Below the pieces are notes generated by a model, which searched no databases, had not been told where the DNA came from, and worked only from the letters and a program-made list of their open reading frames with translations. DNA of 64,000 nt from an uncultured Desulfospira sp. (GTDB lineage Bacteria > Desulfobacterota > Desulfobacteria > Desulfobacterales > Desulfobacteraceae), in NCBI GenBank assembly GCA_963663165.1, contig OY760175.1, positions 3,264,001 through 3,328,000 of the forward strand, given 5' to 3'. Positions 1 to 8,840 of the stretch are shown piece by piece; within the stretch, counting starts at the first letter, position 1, and the number at the start of each line of letters is the position of its first letter. The position numbers were made by a program, and so were the translations under genes.

Positions 1-585
1 GCGGCCAAAGGGTTCCGGGATGGCCAGGTTGACCTGGATCTCGTTGCAGGCCTGAATGCAGCGGCCGCACCCGATGCACCGGGAATAATCCCTGACAATA
101 AGGGGGGTCTCATCGTCCAGGGGATGGCCCTGCCAGTTCAAGTCTTCCTCTTTGACTTTCACGTCATACTCAATGGCCAGTTCCTGGAGCCGGCAGCCGC
201 CATAGGCGGGGCAAAGCTGATCATGCCAGGGCTGGGCCATGATGTCGGTCTGGTTCTCGCTCCAGGCCGGGGCGGCCGCGTCCATGAGCAGGCAGTTGTG
301 GGCACCTGAGGCAATGAACATCTCAATGATGGTTTTTCTGGCCGCTTTCACTGCCGGGCTGTGGGTGTGGATGACCATATGGGCTCCGGCAGGGGTTTCG
401 CAGGCGGGCAGCAGTTCGGTCACCCCCTCCACCTCCACCACGCAGATCCGGCACTGGCCCGTGGGCATGCATTGGGACAGGTAGCAAAGGGTCGGAATCT
501 CAATCTGATTTTCTTGGGCCACCTGGAGAATGGTTTGTCCCTGTTCAAACGATACGGTGTTGTTATTTATGATGAGGGTCGGCAT
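1..585 (-). CDS. NuoG/formate dehydrogenase alpha-like Fe-S subunit, N-terminal part (runs off the window)
   Basis: Manual translation from ATG 585: MPTLIINNNTVSFEQGQTILQVAQENQIEIPTLCY...GQCRICVVEV...LLPAC (2Fe-2S), HNC..C..C, and CIGCGRCIQAC (4Fe-4S). GGAAAGGA RBS upstream. Confidence 0.85.
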   Translation of the reverse strand, partial: MPTLIINNNTVSFEQGQTILQVAQENQIEIPTLCYLSQCMPTGQCRICVVEVEGVTELLPACETPAGAHMVIHTHSPAVKAARKTIIEMFIASGAHNCLLMDAAAPAWSENQTDIMAQPWHDQLCPAYGGCRLQELAIEYDVKVKEEDLNWQGHPLDDETPLIVRDYSRCIGCGRCIQACNEIQVNLAIPEPFGR

Positions 586-1019
586 AACTTTTCCTTTCCG
601 TCTAACGTTAATCCTTGGTTCAGGCCTTTATTTTTCCAATAGTTGCTTCATATATCCGGATGCTTTTCTGCCGGGAACAGCCCTGAAAGGCCGACCCCTG
701 TAAAGACGCAAAACACCCGGCCGCTTTTATCGGTACAGGAAAACCGGCGTTGAAGGTTGCCGGAAAGGACTAATGTGAACGGAAATTAAAAGATATCCAT
801 TATCTTTACGCCTTTTACCCTACAGGTAAATTTCCTGTACCACTCAGGTAAAGCCGAAAAGATAATGCATAAGACAGATCCTCTTGGGTTTATAAACGGC
901 TGTTTGCCATAACCTGCCCCATGACATAGTTGAAAACAAAGAAATTGTCAAATAGAACAACACATCTAATTCCGGGGAAAATCCCGTTTTTTCTGATGGA
1001 AAATTGAACAAACAGGTTT

Positions 1020-2475
1020 CGGGAATTCATCTATGCCAGCCCCTCCCACAGCCGCCTGGGATATTTACCTGAAAAGCTGATCGGCAAACCCTTGTTCTTC
1101 CTGGTTCACCCGGAAGATATCTTTCCCGCGTTCAATGTGGCCGGCCCGGGCCGGTCAGGGCAAGGGGGCAGAAGCCTTCACAAATACAGGCTTGCGGATA
1201 AGCAGGGCCGGTATCACCACTATGCCGGATCATTTGATCTGGTTTTCAGCCAGGATGGAAAGATAAAACAGGTCATTGGCGTTGCCAAAGACAACACGGA
1301 ACTGTTCCGTGCCCAAAAAGAAAAAATGGACGCCGTCCAGCGGGCGGCCGAATCGGAAAAACTGGTCCTGGTGGGAAAAATAGCCGGAAGGATGGCCCAT
1401 GATCTCAATAATATTTGTAACTATTCAGCTAATGCTGAAAACTAAGCAAAACAAGGGTCCGTAACTGTTCATCAGTGCTTCATATTTGTTTAGTCAGGCC
1501 TTCGTAGCATACTGTTGCTATGTGAGAAGGCCTGAATGAGCGAAGATGGGGCACTGCTGAACAGTTACTAATATTTTAGGAATCATCATGGGCAATGCCC
1601 AGCTGGCCACTTTGGACTGTTCCCATCCGCCTACCTTGAAAATCCTTAATATGCTCATAGAACAGACACGCCGGGGAAAGAACCTGACACGGAATCTGGT
1701 GGCGTTTGCAAAGAGCCATGAGCCCAGGCAGTCTTTTTTCCGGATTAATGAGAAAATTGAACTGGTTCTCACCCTGCTGCGCAAAGACCTGGAAGGCATT
1801 GACATCAACTGTGACCATGATCCGGATATACCCGGACTGTACGCGGACCCTGAAATGACAGAGAATGCCCTTGTCAATGTAATTCAAAACGCCATTCATG
1901 TGGTGAGCTTAAGCACACATCCCCAAATCAAAATCCGTGTACGGGAAAAAAGGTGATCGCCTCCGGATTGATATATCCGACAACGGGTGCGGCATTCCAA
2001 AAAAAGCTGTAAACCGGATCTTTGATCCGTCATTTTCCCTGAAGGGCAGTGCCGATATAACGGCCACGGGCTGCAGGCCCACAACGAACAATGAAACTGA
2101 AGACCACCGGCAAGGATGAGGAGCTCATATTTTCCGTACAGCAGCGAATCCTCACCCAGGCCCCCCCTGTTTCATCATGTGGATGTGGCAGAAACCGGAA
2201 ATGACGCCAAAGTCCTGATAGACAACACCCCGTACGACCTGATCAGCCTTGATTACGTGCTTCCGGGTGGTGTCACCGGAATGGACGTCTACCACCACAT
2301 CCGGGAAAGCGATCACCGCGTGCCCATCCTCTTTACTTCGGGAAATATTGAATTCCTGGAGTCCGTTAAAGAACTCAAACAGGCCGACACCTTTGTGGAT
2401 CATATCCCGAAACCCTACAGCAACGATGACTATATCCATGCGGTTGATCAATTATTGATCCGGGGGAAAAAATAG
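1020..2475 (+). pseudogene. Degraded PAS / histidine kinase / receiver hybrid
   Basis: PAS fragment (YASPSH..LGY..LIGK..VHPED); H-box AHDLNNI|LGIIMGNAQL split by MITE copy 1; HATPase boxes (NVIQNA, DNGCGI, IFDPSFS) with a +1 shift at A6 1946-1951; G2 box missing; receiver (DEELIFSVQQRILTQ / LDYVLPG / KPY) with a +1 shift at C7 2161-2167. Confidence 0.85.
1417..1568 (+). mobile_element. 152-bp MITE, copy 1
   Basis: Ends GTAACTATTCAGC / GCTGAACAGTTAC. 8-bp TSD TAATATTT at 1409-1416 and 1569-1576. Identical to copies 2 and 3. No transposase ORF. Confidence 0.95.
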
Positions 2476-2576
2476 AACCGCCCCCTGCCCCGGACAACCA
2501 ACAGCCGGCGACATTTCCTCCATGGCGGCGCCAGGGGAGATAAATACCCGGCGAATAATGGGCCCCGAGATTAAAA

Positions 2577-2648
2577 TGTGAAAAAAATGACATAATCAAC
2601 GGCCCGGGGTGTTACATTTTTTACCCATAGTATCACATTTTCTTCACA
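2577..2648. promoter_or_regulatory. Candidate enhancer (bEBP) sites for the giant operon
   Basis: TGT-N10-ACA at 2577-2592, related TGTTACATTTTTTACC at 2610-2625 and TATCACATTTTCTTCACA at 2631-2648, 55-125 bp upstream of a sigma-54 motif. Confidence 0.45.
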
Positions 2649-2700
2649 CTTCACTTTTTCGCAAAAACACAACCTTTTGTTTTTATAGGAAAAGAACTCT

Positions 2701-2716
2701 TGGCTCAAAAATTGCA
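2701..2716 (+). promoter_or_regulatory. Sigma-54 -24/-12 promoter
   Basis: TGGCTCAAAAATTGCA has exact GG-N10-GC spacing. Confidence 0.65.
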
Positions 2717-2981
2717 TTTATTTTGTGTTGATTTTTTAAGCGATTTATTGGAGATTAGTTAGCGATTTTGGCGAGCAGGTATCCATCCATCACGCCCTGA
2801 TGCGCCAGGGGAAAGTGTTCAGATATCTGCAACAGGTGCCGGATCTCTATTGGCTGCATCAATTTACAATTTATTTTAACGTTTTCTTTACGGTTTCTGC
2901 TGCGGGCAGTTCCATGCCGGATCCGGTTCAGATCCGTCGGAGACTGTGCTGACTGTCGGACCACTTTGGGGAGGACGATTT

Positions 2982-5900
2982 ATGTCCCGTGCCGGGCGAG
3001 TTCAATGGAATGGGGTTTGGGTTACTTTCTGTTGTCTTTTCATCTTTGCATTCAGGGCAGATGCTTATGAACTGTCCATTAAAGTGCCTGTTTTAGAACC
3101 GGCGGTTGCCGTTTCAGGGGCCAACTATGTGTTGCTGCCTGACAGTCCGGGGACCATGACCGTGACCATAACGGTCTTATGCACCCTGGATGAGTTGCTG
3201 GAATCCCCGCCGGCATCCCTGGATCTGACCTACCGGCTTTTAAGGGGCAGTGCGACGGTAGCAGAAGTCCAGCAGACCCCTCTCACCCCTTCGTACAGGT
3301 GGAGTACCACCGCAACCTATGAGAGAACCATTGAAATTTCTTATGCGTTTCCTCTGCCTGCCGCCGGTACTGGAGATGAAGAATTAAAAACCAGCAGCGG
3401 TTATCAGTTTGAAGTATCCATTTGGGCAGATGACACACTCAAACCGGATGATACCCGGGCCAGCGCCAACTTTGCCTATACGGTCTATTCTGGAAGGTTG
3501 ATTTTCAATAAGGTCGTTACCGGGCTGACCTCCCTTGTGCCCGCAACCGGATGCGTTGGCGGTGACATCACCCTTTCCACCTCATCCACGGCCGTGTGGG
3601 ATGCAGGGGTGGACTCTTTTTCTTTTGACGCCGCAGGCCTTTGCGCTTCCCTTTCAGGCAACAGGGACAGGTACTCATCGGATCTGCTGGTGGTGTCCGG
3701 ATCAGTTGAGGGCATCGGCCCGGTCCAGGGGACTGCGGCAGGCCTTGACTGGACCATTGAATCCATTTCCCTGGATGCCGCCGGAGGCAATTTTTCCGGT
3801 GCCGCCATTGCCCTTCCCGAGAATGTCACCTGCCACGCCTATCTGCTCCAGAGGGCCTGGCCCATGGGGATGACCTCCATTACCCTGGCCCAGGGGGGCA
3901 GTTTTACCTCGGGGCTTGATTCAGCGGTCCTGTCCCTGGGCAACCCGGTTCTGTTTCACCCCCGGGATCTGCCCTTTTATGTCTATGCCCAGGATGTAAG
4001 CTTCGCCCTGGACGATACCAACATCCAGGGCATTGTCCTTTCCTCCCCGGCCCCCTATTATGTTCATAAGGATGCCTCAGATTCCCTGGCATCGGCTCAT
4101 CCCAGGAAGGCCTTTGGCTTTCCCAGCAACGATGCCATGTTCCGGCAGGCCCCGTCTTCGGCGGACAACGAGATCACCATTGACCAGTACGGGGTCCAGG
4201 GGCATCTTGACTTTGACGGCACCACCAGTGTCATGGCCTTTCCCATGGCCCGGCTGGATCACCCGGCCTACGAGGTTACCCTGGTTAACAGCGCTCTTGC
4301 CGACCAGAGCGCCCTTTTTGGAGTAACGGCTGTCAGCCTCACTGCAGGCTTTAACGGCAACTGCCCGGACGGGGGCTGCAACGGCCTGCTTGCCGCCAAT
4401 TCTTTTAAAGTCAGCTCCCCTGACGGGGCCAGGTTTCTACCCAACGGCGGCCTTGCCGGACGGTTCGACAACTTAGGGGACACCCAGGACCCGGAATCCA
4501 GCCAGCTGGAATGGGGCGGGTCCAACGGAACGGACGGCACCTTTTTCAGGGAGGATGCCGGGATTCCCGGGGTATGGGTGGTCCCGGGCTTTATCATGCC
4601 CCAGACGGCGGCCACCCCTTCCGTCCAAAGTGACATCAGAATCACCCAGACCCTTCTGGGATCCTTTACCTTTGGGGCAGCCCCGGCTCAGGGAGAGCCC
4701 CTGGGGGAAGGCACCCTTCATTTATTAAGCGATCCGGCCGACCTTTCGGCCCGGCAGGGGGACGGATACTTTGCCGGCATCAATATGGGACCTGAATTTC
4801 TCGTGGGTGACGACCCCGCTGTACCGGCCATTCTGCCCGGGGCAGGTGAACTTTTGGCCGGCACCCTGGATGTCCGGTTTAACGGCAATACGGATTTTGC
4901 CGTCATGCCCGACCGGGAAGCCGTCAAGTATGTGCTGAGGCCCGGCGGCCTTACCGGGGTGTTTAACACCGGATTTTCAGGCAGTTCGGCCGGAGATATC
5001 AGCATCTACGGCTATGGTATCAACTTCAGCCGGTTTTCCTTCAGGCAGACTTTAAACCGGCTGTCGCCTGAAACCTTTATTGACGGTGAACTGACCCTGC
5101 CCGCCCCGGTAGGGGATGACAACGGCATGAGGGTCGGGTTTACCCGGCTTACCCTGACCTGTAACGGCAACCTGGGATCCGGGACCCTGGACAGCGAACC
5201 GGAACCGGACTGGCCCAACGGGAGTGAACCCACGGGCTGCGACGGGGTTAACCAGGATGGGGACACTTATCCCGATGAAAGCTGCCATGTGCTGGGATAC
5301 TGGAACATGAAAACCCTGGTCACGGGCATGGCCTTTGAAAATGATCCTGAAGGCCCAGACGCATTAGGCGACTGCAACAGCCTTCCCCGGGTCCTGACCC
5401 TGGACACCCAAAATGTCGTAGACCACCTTGACAGTATCTTAACCCTGTCGGCCGTCTACACCCCTGACGGCCTGATTCGAAACCAGACGGCGGCCTGTGA
5501 CACCGACACTGTTCTGGACCCACCCAGCGGAGGTGCCAAGCCCGGATTTCCCGTCAGGGTATCGGACATTTATCTCAATGAAATCACAGATCCTGCCGCC
5601 CTGCCCGACTGGCAGGGATTTACCGTCATTAGCGGCAAGGTGGATGTGCCGCTGTTTAACGATGCCGCCATCAAAGGGCATCTGATCAACACGTCTGCCA
5701 CATCAGCCCAGTCGGTTTATGTCATGGCCGACGGCGAGGACTCAGACCATGACGGTATCCCCTCGCCCTTCGATGACGACACGGACGGTGTGGATGTGTT
5801 CCGGACGCTTTTGGCCCCGTCGGGACCAGATGCGGCCCCCAAACCTTTATTTGAATACCACTGGCCCGGCCCGGGAGTCGTTGATCTGGCCTACCGGGGG

Positions 5901-8738
5901 AATTTTTATCAATCCGGGGCCGAAACTATGCCCCGGTTCAAGGGAATTAAAAAGCCCACCGACCTTGCCGGCGTTCTGAACATTGAATCGGTTCCCGATT
6001 ATATCAATCCTGAGCGCACCAAATTTTCCTTTGGGGTGAGCGCCGAAACCGAGGCCTTTGCCAACCTCTCCATTGACGTGGGCGGCATCACCGACGGCCT
6101 CAACGATTTTTTCTCCTCGGAACTGGGCGTCTCCTTTGACATTGAAAGCATGCTGGCCCAGCTGGCCGATGCCCAGCAGGTCATGCACGATATCACCGGG
6201 GCAGACGTTTCCGATATCCTGGCCCGGGTCATTGCTGACATCGTGGACAGCACGGATCTGGCCGATGCCATCCGGGCGGCGGCCAACGGGCTCTCCCAGG
6301 CCCACCAGGCCCCGGCCATGGTCTATGCGGTCCTGTCCGAACCTTTTGAAACCCTGATGGACGAAATCATGGCCCTGGCCGACGACCCGGACCTGGATCT
6401 TTCCGCCCTTTACATTGATGTCAGCGTGGCCGATGAGCTTTCAGGGGCCCTGGCCCCGTTTCTCAGATATGATCATACCGGACTTCGGGACCTTTATGAA
6501 AATTACTCCGGGGAAATTGGCGACCCGGCATTTGATGCGCTCCTGGCAAAATTCCAGGCCCTTCAGGATATCCTTTTAACCATCACCGACAAGCTTTCCT
6601 ATGCCCAGGAGGCAACCGATGCCGCAGCCGATTTTCTCTCCGACGGGACAGGCGCCGCATTAACCTATCTGGACACGGTCATTGACTTTGCCTATACCGC
6701 ATCGGATCTGGTCCATGACCTGTATGATGAGGCCACTTCAGGGTTGGGCGGGTTTGTCACCACAGGACAAAGCAATCCCCTGCTGGCAAGGCTTTTAGAG
6801 GCCAAAGACGGGATCCGGCAGGTCAATACCGCCATTCAGACCGTTCACTTAGGAGACATTGCCAATGCCCTTTTCCTGGCATCGGTGGTGGCCGGTTCTC
6901 CCATGGATGTCTCCATGCTCCATGCCGCCGAGGAAACCGCACTCACGGCGGTCAGTCAGCTCAATGAGACCATCACCCAGGCCGAAGAAAATCTCATCCT
7001 GCTGCTGGAAGGCCTGCCCATGGCCGATGTCCTGGCCACCATTGACGGATTTATAGGGGACGACGGCCTGATCCAGACCGCCCTCAGGGGCGCCTCTTAC
7101 CCCGACACCCCGGCTGAAGGGGGTCTAATTCATTCCCTTGAAGCCATTAAAACCGACCTTCCCCAATATGTTGATCTCATGGGCCAGGACCTGGAACGCC
7201 TCTCCCTTCTGGTTCAGGCCCTGGTACCGGGGGATGCCCAGGTGGTGGACGTGGCCACCTGGCAGGAGGCCGTAGAACTGTCCCAGGCCCAGCTCAACCA
7301 GCTGATCACAAGCCTTGTGACCCAGATCACCCAGACCGGGGAAGGCGCAGAAGGCATGATTTTCCAGGAACTGGCCCAAATTTATGAAGCAGCCAACGTC
7401 GACTCTTTAGGCTTTACCGCGGTCTGGGCCGACCCCGGGGTCCGCAAACGGATCCTTGTCGCCCCCCTCCTGTTTATTGTGGAAGGGGCCGGAACCATCC
7501 AGCAGGATATTAAAGATATGGTGGAAACCGTCACAGGGCTGCTGCCCAACCCCAGCGAGGAAGACATCCGGGCCATGCTGCGCGCCACCATCCTGAACAC
7601 CGAACCCGTGGAAGAGATGAACCGGATCTTTTATGAACAATTCGGCTTTGTCAGCGACATGGTGGATGATGTGACCACCCAGATGGCCCTGCAGATCAAC
7701 ACCATGATCCGGGATGCCATGGCCTCCATCAACGAAGCCCTTCAGGCCCAGCTTGAGGCGGTGACCGCCGACATCGGCAGCAGCTGGGGGGTCTCTTCGG
7801 CAGGCATTGACGGGTATGCCATTGTCAGCCAGGACGAGATTGAGCGCATTCATTTAGAGGCGGCATTCACCTTTGACGGGGAACCGGATCCCACATCCTT
7901 TACCGGGGCCCTGGACATCACGGCCTGGAACACCGAGAACGGCCCGAGCGGCTGCATTAACGGCGGATCCGGCAAGGTGGACGTGGTGCTCTCCACCCAC
8001 GACGTCACCGCCGACATGCTGGGCATGGATGTGGGCTTAAAAGAGGCCCTTCTGGGATTTACCCTCCAGACCGATCCGGTGCTTCCCCTGGGGATTTTCG
8101 GCCGGGTCTACCTTCAGGGGGAACTGGGGTTTGAATCCCTTGCCCTTTACGACCTGGGGTTTGAGGCCGCCTTTGGCAGCCAGGAACGTTATTTTGCGGC
8201 CAAAGGGGCGGCACGGTTTTCAGACTATACCATTCCCATGGCCGCCTTTTATTTAGGGGTGAGCTGTTTCGAGAATAATGTTTTAGAGCGGCTGGACCCT
8301 GAAGTCGCTGAATTTATCGGGGAAATCAACCCAATGAGCGGAGTCTATGTCAGAGGATCGGTGGAGGTGCCGGTCTGGAACAACGGCTGCGCCCTGACCC
8401 TCGGGGTGGGGGCCGACATCGGGGCCTGGTTTTTTACCGAGCCCGGATCCGGAACCTACGGCGGTCTTCTGGGCGGCTCGGCCTATGGCGAACTGGGCTG
8501 CCTGGCCTCCCTTAAGGGGGCCATGTCTCTGATCGGCCAGAAATCGGGATCAACCTATGCCTTTTCCGGATCCGGCTGGGGGGCCGCCGGCGTGGGCTGG
8601 TGCTCCCAAGGCAAATGGAAAAGCGTTAAGGACGCCAGAAAAGACGACTGGTGCCTCACCGGTGAGGCCACCTTTGAGGTGACCTATGAAAACAACGGCT
8701 GGGTTTTTGACGGACCCCATGTGAGCTGTTGTCACTAG
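2982..8738 (+). CDS. Giant secreted protein of unknown function (about 1918 aa): beta-rich N-half, long acidic helical middle, Gly/Cys-rich beta C-terminus
   Basis: ORF 2946..8738; GGAGGA RBS favours ATG 2982. Signal peptide ending ADA|YEL. DSDHDG and NQDGD Ca-binding-like motifs; many paired Cys. Confidence 0.85.
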   Translation: MSRAGRVQWNGVWVTFCCLFIFAFRADAYELSIKVPVLEPAVAVSGANYVLLPDSPGTMTVTITVLCTLDELLESPPASLDLTYRLLRGSATVAEVQQTPLTPSYRWSTTATYERTIEISYAFPLPAAGTGDEELKTSSGYQFEVSIWADDTLKPDDTRASANFAYTVYSGRLIFNKVVTGLTSLVPATGCVGGDITLSTSSTAVWDAGVDSFSFDAAGLCASLSGNRDRYSSDLLVVSGSVEGIGPVQGTAAGLDWTIESISLDAAGGNFSGAAIALPENVTCHAYLLQRAWPMGMTSITLAQGGSFTSGLDSAVLSLGNPVLFHPRDLPFYVYAQDVSFALDDTNIQGIVLSSPAPYYVHKDASDSLASAHPRKAFGFPSNDAMFRQAPSSADNEITIDQYGVQGHLDFDGTTSVMAFPMARLDHPAYEVTLVNSALADQSALFGVTAVSLTAGFNGNCPDGGCNGLLAANSFKVSSPDGARFLPNGGLAGRFDNLGDTQDPESSQLEWGGSNGTDGTFFREDAGIPGVWVVPGFIMPQTAATPSVQSDIRITQTLLGSFTFGAAPAQGEPLGEGTLHLLSDPADLSARQGDGYFAGINMGPEFLVGDDPAVPAILPGAGELLAGTLDVRFNGNTDFAVMPDREAVKYVLRPGGLTGVFNTGFSGSSAGDISIYGYGINFSRFSFRQTLNRLSPETFIDGELTLPAPVGDDNGMRVGFTRLTLTCNGNLGSGTLDSEPEPDWPNGSEPTGCDGVNQDGDTYPDESCHVLGYWNMKTLVTGMAFENDPEGPDALGDCNSLPRVLTLDTQNVVDHLDSILTLSAVYTPDGLIRNQTAACDTDTVLDPPSGGAKPGFPVRVSDIYLNEITDPAALPDWQGFTVISGKVDVPLFNDAAIKGHLINTSATSAQSVYVMADGEDSDHDGIPSPFDDDTDGVDVFRTLLAPSGPDAAPKPLFEYHWPGPGVVDLAYRGNFYQSGAETMPRFKGIKKPTDLAGVLNIESVPDYINPERTKFSFGVSAETEAFANLSIDVGGITDGLNDFFSSELGVSFDIESMLAQLADAQQVMHDITGADVSDILARVIADIVDSTDLADAIRAAANGLSQAHQAPAMVYAVLSEPFETLMDEIMALADDPDLDLSALYIDVSVADELSGALAPFLRYDHTGLRDLYENYSGEIGDPAFDALLAKFQALQDILLTITDKLSYAQEATDAAADFLSDGTGAALTYLDTVIDFAYTASDLVHDLYDEATSGLGGFVTTGQSNPLLARLLEAKDGIRQVNTAIQTVHLGDIANALFLASVVAGSPMDVSMLHAAEETALTAVSQLNETITQAEENLILLLEGLPMADVLATIDGFIGDDGLIQTALRGASYPDTPAEGGLIHSLEAIKTDLPQYVDLMGQDLERLSLLVQALVPGDAQVVDVATWQEAVELSQAQLNQLITSLVTQITQTGEGAEGMIFQELAQIYEAANVDSLGFTAVWADPGVRKRILVAPLLFIVEGAGTIQQDIKDMVETVTGLLPNPSEEDIRAMLRATILNTEPVEEMNRIFYEQFGFVSDMVDDVTTQMALQINTMIRDAMASINEALQAQLEAVTADIGSSWGVSSAGIDGYAIVSQDEIERIHLEAAFTFDGEPDPTSFTGALDITAWNTENGPSGCINGGSGKVDVVLSTHDVTADMLGMDVGLKEALLGFTLQTDPVLPLGIFGRVYLQGELGFESLALYDLGFEAAFGSQERYFAAKGAARFSDYTIPMAAFYLGVSCFENNVLERLDPEVAEFIGEINPMSGVYVRGSVEVPVWNNGCALTLGVGADIGAWFFTEPGSGTYGGLLGGSAYGELGCLASLKGAMSLIGQKSGSTYAFSGSGWGAAGVGWCSQGKWKSVKDARKDDWCLTGEATFEVTYENNGWVFDGPHVSCCH

Positions 8739-8820
8739 GGGATATGAGACCTGGGACTTGGGATATGGGGAGAAAATCTTTCCCCGGATTCCGGGTCCCA
8801 GGTCCCAAGTCCCTCATATC
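8739..8820. repeat. Heptamer-repeat inverted-repeat hairpin between giant genes 1 and 2
   Basis: gggatat/gagacct/gggactt/gggatat followed by complementary gggtccc/aggtccc/aagtccc/tcatatc. Confidence 0.75.
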
Positions 8821-8840
8821 AACATACAAGGAAAAAATTG

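Noticed and set aside
660..770. GACGCAAAAC suggesting a c-di-GMP-I riboswitch
   Set aside because: The required GGCAAA/GAAA-stem context is not well formed and no intact sense gene follows. An Rfam scan would settle it.
1417..1568. Repeated GTAAC..TTCA units as a mini CRISPR array or attC sites
   Set aside because: The copies are dispersed, internally identical and flanked by TSDs. There are no unique spacers, cas genes or integrase.
2982..8738. Giant ORF as a phage tape measure, RHS or autotransporter protein
   Set aside because: It has a signal peptide, no phage neighbours, no YD repeats and no terminal barrel signature.
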